Virus record (IMG/VR): IMGVR_UViG_3300037631_002846
Span: 1 to 42,903 of that record
DNA from: a virus
Taxonomy: Duplodnaviria; Caudoviricetes
DNA length: 42,903 bases
Strand: one strand, 5' to 3'
The notes beneath the pieces were generated by a model that was not told the origin of the DNA, searched no databases, and saw only the letters and a list, made by a program, of their open reading frames with translations. The translations under genes were made by a program, and so were the position numbers. Of this stretch, positions 27,448 to 37,586 are shown one piece after another; the stretch's first letter is position 1, and each line of letters starts with the position of its first letter.

Positions 27448-28515
27448 TTAGCTTTTTTCGTTTATTTCTTCTCTTTGTATTTGACTTGCAGCAACTTGAA
27501 TTATTTGTGGGTCTTTTATTACAACACCAAAGTAAAACAATACTTTCATAATAAAGCTTGTTTGTTCTGCTACATCTAGTTCTATGTTTGTGGACCCATA
27601 TGTGCTACCGGAGTTCAAGTCTTGAGCCCTTAAAGTAATTGTTGGTCCTGTAGATTCAGGAACTGTACTAAAGTAAGACAGAGCTCCGTTGCTTACTGTA
27701 AATACATCTCCTACCTGGTAGTTTTTACCACCAGATGTTACATTAATATCTGAAATAACTTCATTTCCAACTGTGCCGCTAACTATTATTGTAAACCCAA
27801 GTCCAGAACCTGCTGGGTTTAATTGCGTGTAGGCCACTCCTGTGTATGTGCCTAATTCAATTCCTGTAGCTTCAGTTGTAATGCTATCATTTAACGTCCC
27901 AAGACCAACATTTACACCCGTTGCTTCATATACATTAGTATCATAAATATATTGTCCTACAGACCCAATAGTATATCCCCATCTAGGGTCCTTTGGTTTC
28001 CTTAAGAAGTTAACAGATATGTCACTCGTTATGGTGTCAGGCTTCACAAATAGCTTGTCGCTCTCAAGTAAATAAGTTGGGAAAGATGTTGTTGATTTAG
28101 TTAGTGGAGATTTTTGAATGTTATAGAAATCCATTCTTTGAAGTCTTTGTAGCTCAGTTGAATCGTTGTATACTACAGTACCTAACGAGTAAAGCTCCAC
28201 TTCATCACCATAAGAATCCGTTGTTGGTAATGAAAAATAAGCAGGTGTTGATCCAGCTCCTGGCACATAGGTTGACGTGCCAAATGTTTTAAATATAGAA
28301 AGATGTTCATCAATAGATGAAACCCTGTCTGCATAATCTGTGTCAGATTGAGGGACTCTTAACTGTTGATTTAAAGAGTTAGTATAGTCACCAAATATTT
28401 CTAGTTGTACCTGAGTGGCAATCTTGTTAAACTCATCTGGAGTTACATAGCCCCTTTCTTCTTTGTTAAGTATTAATAATACAGTCTTATAAACTGAATT
28501 TACATCTATTGCCAT
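27448..28515 (-). CDS. Tail ring/tubular protein with an inserted beta-sandwich-like domain
   Basis: LNKEERGYVTPDEFN..A.QVQ N-terminus, FLRKPKDP, C-terminal IEL....FIMKVLFYFG; Gly/Thr-rich insert at ~27600-27935. Confidence 0.65.
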   Translation of the reverse strand: MAIDVNSVYKTVLLILNKEERGYVTPDEFNKIATQVQLEIFGDYTNSLNQQLRVPQSDTDYADRVSSIDEHLSIFKTFGTSTYVPGAGSTPAYFSLPTTDSYGDEVELYSLGTVVYNDSTELQRLQRMDFYNIQKSPLTKSTTSFPTYLLESDKLFVKPDTITSDISVNFLRKPKDPRWGYTIGSVGQYIYDTNVYEATGVNVGLGTLNDSITTEATGIELGTYTGVAYTQLNPAGSGLGFTIIVSGTVGNEVISDINVTSGGKNYQVGDVFTVSNGALSYFSTVPESTGPTITLRAQDLNSGSTYGSTNIELDVAEQTSFIMKVLFYFGVVIKDPQIIQVAASQIQREEINEKS

Positions 28516-28533
28516 ATTAATATTTTTGTTTAT

Positions 28534-28566
28534 TTACAAAGATAGGCCAACCGAAGTTGACCTACC
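28534..28566 (-). terminator. Stem-loop with C(UUCG)G tetraloop (terminator or stabilising hairpin)
   Basis: Minus-strand RNA UAGGUCAAC-UUCG-GUUGGCCUA followed by UCUUUGU; the G-U pair forms only on the minus strand. Confidence 0.75.
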
Positions 28567-28586
28567 CCTATAAATATAGTTACGTA

Positions 28587-29354
28587 TTAAGAGAATTTTT
28601 TCTCTATACTTTTGTATACTTGCATACCTTCGTCAGTTTTAAACCAACTAGCTAATGCTGAGTATGGGTGTTCGTCAAATGGTACTTCCATTAGCTTCTT
28701 GCCATTAGCAGCCCACTTGAATGTTTTTTGGTCAGGAGACAATTTGATAATGTTTGCCTCTGCTGCTCTAATACCAAAGCTTCTAAGCTCTACATTCTCA
28801 TCGTGTGCAAGGCTTATAAACAACGCTGGGTTGCTCTTAGCGAGTAACATTAAATCTCTCTTAAGTTCCTTGCTTGTCATTTTAGTTACAGAGCTTCCAA
28901 GTTCAGTCCTTAGGATTGCTTCTGCGTGGTCTAAGTCTAATTGCTGTGCTAAATTTAACGCTTCAATCTCAAGTTCAATGTCTTCCAACTCGTTTACTGC
29001 TTCAGCAACTTGGTCTTGCTCTGCATATAATATATTCCTTTGAGGATGATATAAAGATAAAATCCTTTGTAAACTTTGTTTTTGCTTAGGGACCATCAAA
29101 ACACCATTATTAAAAACAATGTGAGCTAGTGTTGCCGAACCTTTTTGCTCGTCAACAAATGGAGATATTTGATTTGTTGCATATCTAAGCTCTCTTTCAT
29201 ATCCTAAACTTTCATCAAAGTACATTAAAGGGTGTCTTGACGAATGCTTGCTCGCTAGTGTAAATGTTAATGGTGATAAGTTATTTTTTAGATAGTAAAG
29301 TCTATCTTTAATTTCCCACTTTTCTGTGGTTTTTTCTTTTGCTTTTGTAGCCAT
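28587..29354 (-). CDS. Hypothetical protein of the head module (255 aa)
   Basis: Immediately downstream of the MCP gene; RELRYATNQISPFVDEQ segment; function not recognised. Confidence 0.8.
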   Translation of the reverse strand: MATKAKEKTTEKWEIKDRLYYLKNNLSPLTFTLASKHSSRHPLMYFDESLGYERELRYATNQISPFVDEQKGSATLAHIVFNNGVLMVPKQKQSLQRILSLYHPQRNILYAEQDQVAEAVNELEDIELEIEALNLAQQLDLDHAEAILRTELGSSVTKMTSKELKRDLMLLAKSNPALFISLAHDENVELRSFGIRAAEANIIKLSPDQKTFKWAANGKKLMEVPFDEHPYSALASWFKTDEGMQVYKSIEKKFS

Positions 29355-29383
29355 AATATAATAAAATTTAATAATAAATAAGA

Positions 29384-29423
29384 GTAATAGTTACCCCCAT
29401 CTAAAAGACGAGGGTAACATTAC
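29384..29423 (-). terminator. Long stem-loop downstream of the major capsid gene
   Basis: Minus-strand RNA GUAAU-GUUACCCUCGUCU-UUU-AGAUGGGGGUAAC-U-AUUAC with two G-U pairs, followed by UCUUAUUU. Confidence 0.75.
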
Positions 29424-29438
29424 AATAAATAATTGCTG

Positions 29439-30914
29439 TTATACTAAAGATTTTGTAAATAATACAAAATTATTAGCAGCTTGAGTAACTAAACATCTTT
29501 CAGACAAGAAGTTAACTCTCATTGCATCTAAAGTATCTGTAGCAGCACCACCTACAGAACCAGTAATCCAAGACTTCATTCTTCTGTCGTCAGCTTCAGA
29601 AGCTCTGTAACGAACGTGTAAGAATGGTCGTCTGATGTTAGTACCTAACATTTGGTCATATACTGTGCTTGTTCCAGCAGGAACCATAACACCCTCTATG
29701 TTATCAATTAAACCACGAGTTGAAGCATCGTTTAAGTATTTCCAGTCAGTCTTGTAGAAGTCGTAAGAACCTCTTCTGAAACCGTCAAATCCTAAGTTTA
29801 ATGCCATTTCTTCAGAGTTTTCAAATACACCGTAAGATGTCCCACCTGCTCCGTAAGAATTTTGTGCAGCTAACATATCATCAAAGTCTAAAGAAGTAGC
29901 TCTATCTAAGAATAACATATTCTCTTCAATAGCTCCTTGCTTATCAAGATTTGCTAAAATTGAATCAAAGTCTTGCAAAGCAGTTCTGTTTCCAGTTCCT
30001 GGAGTCACATCACCACTTGCATAGTTTTGGTATACGTTACCTCTTGCAGTAATAGCAGCAAAAAGACCTTCAGTACCAGAGTTGTCACCTAAAACAGCAC
30101 CAACAGTTCCTGCAGTTGTTCCATTTGTATTTAACTCACCTTCAACCATTGCCATTTCTAAGTAATCTTGGAAACGTAATCTTGTTTCTCCTTCAGACTT
30201 CAAGTACCATAGGTATCCTGATGTTCCATCTTCAGCAGCAACTTCAACCCATCCAATCTGCGCAGCATCAGAACCACTAATTTCGTAGTTATCCTTAATG
30301 ATAATTGGCTTATTGCTAAATTGCTTGAATGAAGCTTCTAAAGAACCCTCCATTCCTAATGTTCCTTTTTTAAACTCAGAACCATAAACAAATAAACTAA
30401 ATACTGAGTTAGCTCCAAATCCAGCAGCCGTCAAAGAAGCAGAAGTATAAGGAAGAACAGTTATGTTAAGTCCACTAACAGCACTAACATAAGCAGTTAC
30501 TGTTGTTCCTACGCCTGTTCCAGCCGTAGCTTGTAGCACAACAGTATTGTCTTTTCTAATAGCGTTTTTAGTAGCTTCCCCATCGTCACCATTTGCTGGC
30601 AAAGAAATAATATTACTACCTAAAGTATCAACAGTAGCTCCTTTATAACCAATATGTAATCTGTTTTGCTCAGACCATACAACTTGGTCAGAAGTCATTG
30701 GCATTTCAGCTCCTACCATTCTTAAGAATCCTGATAAAGTTCTGTTTCCATATCGCTCTACCTCAGCTTCGTAAAGCTCTGGTAAATATTGCTGTGAAAA
30801 ATCATTACCAGCTTGGCTAGTAAAATCTAAATAATTTGATGCCAAAGTAGATTTAGTTGGCATTGGACTTAGGTTAAATGTACCTAAGGGGTCGTTTGTT
30901 CCAAATTTTCCCAT
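29439..30914 (-). CDS. Major capsid protein (HK97 fold inferred)
   Basis: Portal-scaffold-MCP order; NKPIIIKDNYEISGSD, YLEMAMVEGE, GTEGLFAAI, SERCLV..AANNF; strongly biased high-expression codons; 3' hairpin. Confidence 0.85.
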   Translation of the reverse strand: MGKFGTNDPLGTFNLSPMPTKSTLASNYLDFTSQAGNDFSQQYLPELYEAEVERYGNRTLSGFLRMVGAEMPMTSDQVVWSEQNRLHIGYKGATVDTLGSNIISLPANGDDGEATKNAIRKDNTVVLQATAGTGVGTTVTAYVSAVSGLNITVLPYTSASLTAAGFGANSVFSLFVYGSEFKKGTLGMEGSLEASFKQFSNKPIIIKDNYEISGSDAAQIGWVEVAAEDGTSGYLWYLKSEGETRLRFQDYLEMAMVEGELNTNGTTAGTVGAVLGDNSGTEGLFAAITARGNVYQNYASGDVTPGTGNRTALQDFDSILANLDKQGAIEENMLFLDRATSLDFDDMLAAQNSYGAGGTSYGVFENSEEMALNLGFDGFRRGSYDFYKTDWKYLNDASTRGLIDNIEGVMVPAGTSTVYDQMLGTNIRRPFLHVRYRASEADDRRMKSWITGSVGGAATDTLDAMRVNFLSERCLVTQAANNFVLFTKSLV

Positions 30915-30920
30915 TTTCTT

Positions 30921-32108
30921 TTAATTTTTAAAGTTTGTTTTTTTAATTTTTAGTTTTGAAGAGTCCGCTCCGCTTATAGATTTAATCCTAATCCCGTTTA
31001 CAAACACGCTATCGCCAGCAGTCTGTCTTGGTTCGTCTGATAGGTTCTTAGAACTATTCACAACCTCCTTAACGGCATCGGCTTTACCTTGTTCATAAAA
31101 ATGACTTGCAATCTTGTCTACATTTGAAGCTGCATACATAGCTTTGTGATACTCTTTGTGGTCTGTTACCTCTCCATCTTTTCCTAGAAACTTTCCAAGA
31201 ACATTAGAAATATCAGATTGTTTATCGGCAAGACTTGTTGGATTATTTACACTATACCTAAATTTTTTTTCTCCAACGTTAAAATCAAAACCTTTGAAGT
31301 CGTTGTTGAACATATCAGATGTAGCCTTTTTAAACCTGTCATGCCTGTTAGCATTTAAACTTTGTTCTTCTTTATGCCTGTTAAAAAAATCCATTGCTTT
31401 TTGCTGCTCTTGAGTTACGCCTGACCTTAACTTAATTTCATCGTAATACTTACTCTTTAAGCCCTCCAAAAAACTTTTGGCTTCTTGAACCTCTTCTTTG
31501 TACGCTAACTTTCTTTTGCGTATATCTCTTTCTTCATCCAAGTCTTCGTCATACGAAAAATTGTCTTCTAAAAGGAATTTAATCTCGTCATCATTAAGAT
31601 GCGGTTTACTTTTTTTATAATACTCTTTTAACAATGTATCGTTATCTGCATTACTGTAATCGGCGTTTAATCTAACGTAGTCCTCTACAGTTCCACCTGT
31701 TTCCTCCATAAAAGAAACCAGCTTCTCTACATTTTCAGGTAGTTGCTTTCCAGAAACACGCTCATCTCTAATTGTTTCTTGAGCCTCTTTAGATGCAGAC
31801 TCTACTTCTTCTTCTGTTACTTCTTGGATAGTAACGACCCCCTCATCTTGAACGGCGCCTTCTCCTGATGGTACTTCTGTATCCACTTCTTGTACAGTTT
31901 CGGCTGGTTTATCTGCAGCCACTGTTGTTGTTTCTTGCTCCTTATTGGCATTGTCTTGTGTTAAATCAACTTTAATAGGCTCATCCTCAACCTTATCTTT
32001 AGCAGACAAATCCACTTTAATAGTTTCGGATTGCTTATTAAGCTTTTTCATTTTAGGCTTGCTCTTTATTTTAAAGTCACCTTCTTGCTTTACTTCTTTT
32101 TCTGACAT
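30921..32108 (-). CDS. Putative capsid scaffolding protein
   Basis: Very acidic low-complexity N-half and helical C-half (HFYEQGKADA); located between portal and MCP. Confidence 0.7.
   Translation of the reverse strand: MSEKEVKQEGDFKIKSKPKMKKLNKQSETIKVDLSAKDKVEDEPIKVDLTQDNANKEQETTTVAADKPAETVQEVDTEVPSGEGAVQDEGVVTIQEVTEEEVESASKEAQETIRDERVSGKQLPENVEKLVSFMEETGGTVEDYVRLNADYSNADNDTLLKEYYKKSKPHLNDDEIKFLLEDNFSYDEDLDEERDIRKRKLAYKEEVQEAKSFLEGLKSKYYDEIKLRSGVTQEQQKAMDFFNRHKEEQSLNANRHDRFKKATSDMFNNDFKGFDFNVGEKKFRYSVNNPTSLADKQSDISNVLGKFLGKDGEVTDHKEYHKAMYAASNVDKIASHFYEQGKADAVKEVVNSSKNLSDEPRQTAGDSVFVNGIRIKSISGADSSKLKIKKTNFKN
31817..31951 (-). CDS. Candidate overprinted 44-aa basic protein nested in the +1 frame of the scaffold gene
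   Basis: MPIRSKKQQQWLQINQPKLYKKWIQKYHQEKAPFKMRGSLLSKK-TAA; A at -3; helical W/L/Y periodicity. Confidence 0.55.
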   Translation of the reverse strand: MPIRSKKQQQWLQINQPKLYKKWIQKYHQEKAPFKMRGSLLSKK

Positions 32109-32136
32109 AATATAATATAATATAAATTAAAAAATT

Positions 32137-34545
32137 CTATCTAGGGTCAAACTGATTTAAACCAAACCCACCACTCAATACATCGTTGCCCGAAGACTCA
32201 AAGTTTTTTGGTAGTAAATTATTTTTTCTTTGGTCAATCATTTCTGATTGCTGAGTTCCAGCAATTTTTGTTCTCTGGTCTTTTCTGTTTTCAATTTCTT
32301 GATCTCTTTCAGACTCAGATTTAATTTTTGCCTGAGCTAACTGCATATTAAAGTTAAACTCTTCAGCCATAAGCTCTCGCTTAATTTGTGCCTCTGTTTG
32401 CATTCTTTGTATTTCAAACTGAGACTTAGCTTGTTCAACACTTACTTTTTCTGCCGTTAATGCCTGTTGTTTTTGAACCTCAGTCATAGCTGTTTTTTCA
32501 GCAAGTTCAGCATTAGCTTGAGCTTGAGCTTGTATGTTGGCTTGCTGCGCTTGTTGAACTGCAGCTTGCTTTTTCTTTCTTTTGTCTTTTAGCATTTCAT
32601 TTGCTAACTGCAAGTTATTTACTTGCCTTAGGTCTATGGCGTCCTCAAGGTCAATACCTCCAGACTGCAATGCTACTTGTATGTTTTGCTCTAGTTGAGC
32701 TTTGTCTTCATCGTCAGGCTCTAGCTCTAAAAATATACCAAAGTCATGCAAGTTAAGTTTAGACATTTCAGACAATGTAGCAACATTAAATCTAGATATA
32801 CTATTTTGCAAAGAATTTGCTGTTAAAGCAAACTCTAAAGAATCTGAAATTCTTTTAGAAACATTTTCACACGTTCTAAGAGATAAATAAAGACTTGCCT
32901 GTAGTATGTGTCTAGTTGCTACATTAGATTGATTAGCGGCCATCTTTTGTAGTCCTACGAGTGCATCTTTAGATGGAGCAGAACCGTCTCTTGCTTCATT
33001 CAGACCGGTAACATCTCTTATCATTTGAAGATAATATTGATACGTCTGTATTAAAGATTGTATCTTAGCACCCCCGCTGGATGTTTGTAATTCTTGAATT
33101 GGAACCTTACCTCTGTTTAAGTCACCATCTTGTGTCATAGACCTACCTAAAACACTACCTGTTTGAAAATACATATTAAGAGCTTCTGCAGGATTGTAAC
33201 TTGTTCCATTACCTAGGTCAACTTCTGCTAAGCCGTCAACATCTAAAAACACTCCATCTGGAACCATCCTAGACATTACTTGCTGAAGCTTAAGATGTGT
33301 CAATTGAATCATGTCTGCAAACCCAGTAATGCGGCTAACAAGCGAATCAATTCTGCCATTATACATTCTTGGCGCACAAATAACGTAGTTCATTTCTACT
33401 TTAGTTGTGTCAGCAAATGGTCTTGTCATATTTTCTGCAAGCTTCCACTCTAACATTTGGTTGTTGCCTAGAATCTTAGCTCCACTATAAAGAACCTCTA
33501 TGCTTCTTGATACCTTTTTAAATGTATCGTTCTCAGGAGGATTAAAGTCGTCTGATTTTTGTATAACTTTTTCAAGACCATTTATACCTTGTTTTATTTT
33601 AAATACTTGACTATTATATGTCTTGTACTCAAAGTATAGAACTTGAACTGTATTGTTGTCGTATCCCTGCCAACCTGTAATCATCTCTCTGTTTCCAGGC
33701 ATTTCCTCAATTCTTTTTAATTCCTCTTTGGATATATTAGGAAATTGTTTTTTAAGCTCTGGTATTGTAACAGCCTTAACTTCTCCTACATAATATATGT
33801 CTTCAAAGTTTGGGTCGTTTGTGTAAGAGTAAACCATTTTAGCTGGATCACAATATTCAGTAACAACTCCATTAGCCTTGTTCCAAGTTGTTTTTACTGC
33901 ACCTATTCCAAGAACGGTTAAGTCATAATTAAATCTTTTTCTAACCTCATCAAACTTATTGCTTGCTAAAACTTGATTTATTACTTCTTCCTCAGCAATT
34001 TCTATTGCTTGCTTATAATCAAGTTGCATGTGCACAGATAACTCCTCTTTTGTTTGAGGTAAATTTTCTGGGTCAGAAGAGTTAAACGCATTTATACCAA
34101 TAGCTGATTGTATTTGCTTAAGCTCTTCTTTAGCATACATGTCTTGAAGTATAGACTGTGCATAATCTGTTCTTTTCTTTAAAGACTCAGGATCTTGTGC
34201 GTAAGCTTTTATTTCGTATTTTTTTTCAGTTATACCGTTTGAGACAATGTCTACAAACTTTGAAATAACAGGTACAGGTTTCCAATCTAAGTTCAAATAA
34301 GACAAGTCTCCATTAATAGCTAGCTCGTCTTTATATTTCTGAACGGGCTGCTCTCCTCTAGCGTAAAGCCTTAATGAATGGTATTTGTTAGTGTTAGTTG
34401 CAAATCTATTACCATTTCCTCCCTGCCTAAACCACTCTTGTTCTATAGCCCTTCCAACTTGAACTCCGTACTCGTAGCTTGATTTTTCTGCGTCACTAAC
34501 CACTTGGCTAGGGAATACACTATTTGGATTTGCGCCTACGTTCAT
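32137..34545 (-). CDS. Portal protein
   Basis: Directly downstream of TerL; NLDWKPVPVISKFVDIV, IRDVTGLNEARDG; long Gln/Ala coiled-coil C-terminal barrel typical of podovirus portals. Confidence 0.88.
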   Translation of the reverse strand: MNVGANPNSVFPSQVVSDAEKSSYEYGVQVGRAIEQEWFRQGGNGNRFATNTNKYHSLRLYARGEQPVQKYKDELAINGDLSYLNLDWKPVPVISKFVDIVSNGITEKKYEIKAYAQDPESLKKRTDYAQSILQDMYAKEELKQIQSAIGINAFNSSDPENLPQTKEELSVHMQLDYKQAIEIAEEEVINQVLASNKFDEVRKRFNYDLTVLGIGAVKTTWNKANGVVTEYCDPAKMVYSYTNDPNFEDIYYVGEVKAVTIPELKKQFPNISKEELKRIEEMPGNREMITGWQGYDNNTVQVLYFEYKTYNSQVFKIKQGINGLEKVIQKSDDFNPPENDTFKKVSRSIEVLYSGAKILGNNQMLEWKLAENMTRPFADTTKVEMNYVICAPRMYNGRIDSLVSRITGFADMIQLTHLKLQQVMSRMVPDGVFLDVDGLAEVDLGNGTSYNPAEALNMYFQTGSVLGRSMTQDGDLNRGKVPIQELQTSSGGAKIQSLIQTYQYYLQMIRDVTGLNEARDGSAPSKDALVGLQKMAANQSNVATRHILQASLYLSLRTCENVSKRISDSLEFALTANSLQNSISRFNVATLSEMSKLNLHDFGIFLELEPDDEDKAQLEQNIQVALQSGGIDLEDAIDLRQVNNLQLANEMLKDKRKKKQAAVQQAQQANIQAQAQANAELAEKTAMTEVQKQQALTAEKVSVEQAKSQFEIQRMQTEAQIKRELMAEEFNFNMQLAQAKIKSESERDQEIENRKDQRTKIAGTQQSEMIDQRKNNLLPKNFESSGNDVLSGGFGLNQFDPR

Positions 34546-36759
34546 TTAATTTATTATTTTTGAATAACTTCCAGAGTTGTCATATCTTTTAAACCCTAGA
34601 TTTATATTTTTTCTTACCACTTTGTTAACTGGTGCGTATCTATTTCTGTTGCAGGCCATAATTGCCAGCCCTGAACTAATAGAGGCATCGTGTTTTGTTC
34701 TATTGTTTATATTAAATCTTGCCCAGTCTTCTAACGTTCTTTGAAAGTAAACGTCCCCCATTTCATCATCACCTAAAACTCCAACAAGTTCTTCTATATA
34801 TGTTTCTATTGCTGCAGCATGCGCCTGAATAATATCTTGACTTGAGTTAGGTATACCACCAATTTCTCTTTCTGTTACCGACAGCTTAGTGTACTTCTTA
34901 TCAGGTCTATTCATTGAATACCCTCTATACCCTCTGTTTTTAAGATAATACAATAGTCTAGGCTTGTTGTTCTCCGCTAGTATTGGCATACCATAAAACA
35001 CGCACGCCATTAATACATCCTCAAAAAACATTTCTGCCGTTTGAGGCCTAGCAATATACTCTAAAAAGAAATGATTGCTTGGAGCCTCTTCCATGCTAAA
35101 TTTTGTTAGCCCATGTAAAGCACCATTAGAACCTCTGCTATCTACTGTTCCTGATATATCGTAGCTGTCACACCCAAATGCCCCTAAGTGTTCATTGCCT
35201 GGATAGTTTGTTCCCTGCTTAGATATAATTCTATTTTGCAAGCCAATTGGTGGTATCCACGAAACATAAAATCTACCATCTTTATTTGGCATAAATATAA
35301 CTTTCGTGTCCTTAATACCATTTTCCCATTGAAAGTTTCCTCTTGTAACAAGACTACTTGCGGACATAGACTCATTGTGGTCTATTTGTTGGTATATTTT
35401 TGTCAAGTTAAACAAAGACTCTTTAGCCTCATCTCTAAAAGCGTGCTGCTCTGTTCTTGGAAACTGCCTATAAAATTCGTTTAATCCGTCTTGATCATCT
35501 TTTAGACCCTCAACTTCATTATCCCAAAACTCAATAACGCCTTGTTTTATGGTCATACCATAAGGGTCTTCTATTTTTTCTTTTGGTGTGTCAAACGCAG
35601 GTATTCCATAAGAATCAATGTATCCCTCGTAGTTCCATTCCATAGGTATGAACAAAGAATATAATCCTGAACTAGTCTGTCCATTGCTGTTTCTTCTTGT
35701 AACGTCTGACGCATAATATAACTTTTTAAAGTTTTCTCCTCCCTTGTCTAAAGCGTTAGATGTTGAGCCCATCATACACTTACCTATTACCCGACTACCT
35801 AACCTAAGACAGGTTTTTGTAACCCTCCAGTTATTTAATATGTTGCTAGGTCTTTCCCACTTACCTGACTCGTCGTGTACAAGTAACTTTAATTTTTCTC
35901 CATCATAGGAGTTGTCGCCTGTATTTTTCCAGTCAATCGTAGTATCCAGTCCTTTGATATCCTCTGAACTTTCATTAGAATCAAGCTTCCTTCTTGTAAA
36001 CTTTGATGCTGGTACTCTATACGCCAATTCCGTTTTTGGTCTGTCCATACCATCTTGTATAGGCTTAAAGAAGAACGGGTAGTTGACCGAGATTGGTACG
36101 ACCTTGTCGGTAAACATCTTTTTTGCATCTGGTCCTGACTTTGAAAGTATTCCGTATCTAGAGTCGGTAGACATAGTTGCAAGGTTGACTGTCTCTCCTG
36201 AAGACATAAAGGAGAATCCACTCCGTCTATTCTTAAGGTAACACATTCCAAAACATCTTGTGTCTGCTTTGCAGGCCTCCCAGAATATATAGAATAGTCT
36301 GTTTGATTCTCTAAAGTCTGGTTGACCGACGTCAATCTTTGACCATTGCAAGTACATATAATGAGAGCCAGTGATATAAGTAGGATTACCCTTATTATTA
36401 AACCAAAATCCCTGCTCTCTTCTTTCAAATTCTTTCTCAATATAATCGTACCATTTTTCTTTGAAATCTTCAGGGTACTCCTTCCAATCAAAAATTGTTT
36501 TTATTCTATTTAATTCTTTTGGGTACTCGGTATGAGACCACTTTTTGTCTTTAAAGTTGTGAGTTTCAAACTCAGCAGGTAAAGCTATTTTAAGATTTTG
36601 TATTTCATAAATCTCTCCTATCTTGCCTGTTTTACTTATAATGACCATGTCATGATCTTCATCATAACCATACTTCCACTTCTTGTGTCTGTTGTTCTTT
36701 TTAATTGTAGAGGCCTTAATGTAGTTGTCTAAAACCTTATATAAAGTTTGTTCGTACAT
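34546..36759 (-). CDS. terL: Terminase large subunit
   Basis: Walker A KNRRSGFS, Walker B LLVHDESGKW, coupling motif GSTSN, RNase H-like GCDSYD and ENN. Start placed at ATG 36759, 1 nt after the upstream stop. Confidence 0.92.
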   Translation of the reverse strand: MYEQTLYKVLDNYIKASTIKKNNRHKKWKYGYDEDHDMVIISKTGKIGEIYEIQNLKIALPAEFETHNFKDKKWSHTEYPKELNRIKTIFDWKEYPEDFKEKWYDYIEKEFERREQGFWFNNKGNPTYITGSHYMYLQWSKIDVGQPDFRESNRLFYIFWEACKADTRCFGMCYLKNRRSGFSFMSSGETVNLATMSTDSRYGILSKSGPDAKKMFTDKVVPISVNYPFFFKPIQDGMDRPKTELAYRVPASKFTRRKLDSNESSEDIKGLDTTIDWKNTGDNSYDGEKLKLLVHDESGKWERPSNILNNWRVTKTCLRLGSRVIGKCMMGSTSNALDKGGENFKKLYYASDVTRRNSNGQTSSGLYSLFIPMEWNYEGYIDSYGIPAFDTPKEKIEDPYGMTIKQGVIEFWDNEVEGLKDDQDGLNEFYRQFPRTEQHAFRDEAKESLFNLTKIYQQIDHNESMSASSLVTRGNFQWENGIKDTKVIFMPNKDGRFYVSWIPPIGLQNRIISKQGTNYPGNEHLGAFGCDSYDISGTVDSRGSNGALHGLTKFSMEEAPSNHFFLEYIARPQTAEMFFEDVLMACVFYGMPILAENNKPRLLYYLKNRGYRGYSMNRPDKKYTKLSVTEREIGGIPNSSQDIIQAHAAAIETYIEELVGVLGDDEMGDVYFQRTLEDWARFNINNRTKHDASISSGLAIMACNRNRYAPVNKVVRKNINLGFKRYDNSGSYSKIIN

Positions 36760-36760
36760 A

Positions 36761-37045
36761 CTAATTAAATTTAGCTCTACCCTCAGCAAATCCTTTAAAC
36801 TCGCTTTTCTTTTTATTTTCGTCTTTAGGCTTATCGTCTAAAAGTCCTTCTTCTTCCTCAATCCTATTTAATATTTCAAAAGCATCAAATATTGCTAGTT
36901 TTTTAGTTGCCGCAGCATTCTTTAATTTATCTGCTGTTAAATCATCGTCTGAATCAACAATAGCCTCCTTAGCCACTTTTATTAACTCTTCAACCGCTCT
37001 TTGCCCAGCTTGGATTATATTCTTCTTCGTTTCCTTTACGTTCAT
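36761..37045 (-). CDS. Small helical protein, possible terminase small subunit
   Basis: Immediately upstream of terL; all-helical with a GFAEGR tail. Start placed at ATG 37045. Confidence 0.5.
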   Translation of the reverse strand: MNVKETKKNIIQAGQRAVEELIKVAKEAIVDSDDDLTADKLKNAAATKKLAIFDAFEILNRIEEEEGLLDDKPKDENKKKSEFKGFAEGRAKFN

Positions 37046-37586
37046 GTTTCGCAACAATGTTAATTAATTTCATACAATATAATAGTTCGCCATCAATGAT
37101 AAACTCAAATTCTGACGTTGGTCTAAAAGACACTAAGTCCTCTTCATTTATTCCAAGGTCAACCAAACCTTTGTTACCAAACTTTAATATTCCTATAAGT
37201 GGCTTTTCTGATTCTAAAGAAAATATATCGTAATTTACTAAAGGTTTTACAAAACAATAATCAAGATGAGTCTTATTTGCTCCATACATATATATTTGAT
37301 CAGGTGAACAAGCATACATATCTTCTTTAATAAAACTTCTACTGTTTTTTTCGTTGCCCCTAATGTCATAAAATCTTCTGAATACGTTGTGGTGTACTAT
37401 AACCTTATCTCCAACTTTTATTTTAGTATCTATAGCTAATGGTAAAGCCACCACCTCGGCAACTTTACTTACACTTTTAAATTCCTCAATTCTTGTATTG
37501 ACTATGAGGTCAACCTCATCAACCTTAACAGTATTATTATATCTACCCTCTATGGGTTTTATAATAAAATCGTAAATACTTTTCAT
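36990..37586 (-). CDS. Tandem (two-domain) GroES-like protein
   Basis: Repeat 1: DFIIKP...AEVVALP...IKVGDKVIVH. Repeat 2: DYCFVKP...GILKFG...GINEEDLVSF...EFIIDGELLYCMK..NIVA. Confidence 0.6.
   Translation of the reverse strand: MKSIYDFIIKPIEGRYNNTVKVDEVDLIVNTRIEEFKSVSKVAEVVALPLAIDTKIKVGDKVIVHHNVFRRFYDIRGNEKNSRSFIKEDMYACSPDQIYMYGANKTHLDYCFVKPLVNYDIFSLESEKPLIGILKFGNKGLVDLGINEEDLVSFRPTSEFEFIIDGELLYCMKLINIVAKHERKGNEEEYNPSWAKSG

Noticed and set aside
32107-32126. (ATAAT)n short tandem repeat as sigma70 -10 boxes
   Set aside because: It sits directly before the scaffold ATG on the minus strand and resembles the AU-rich leaders of other genes, so it is better explained as a translation initiation region.
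35889-36491. 200-aa alternate-frame ORF inside terL
   Set aside because: It lies over the constrained ATPase domain, has a non-ATG start and shows no recognisable protein pattern, so it is likely a codon-bias by-product.
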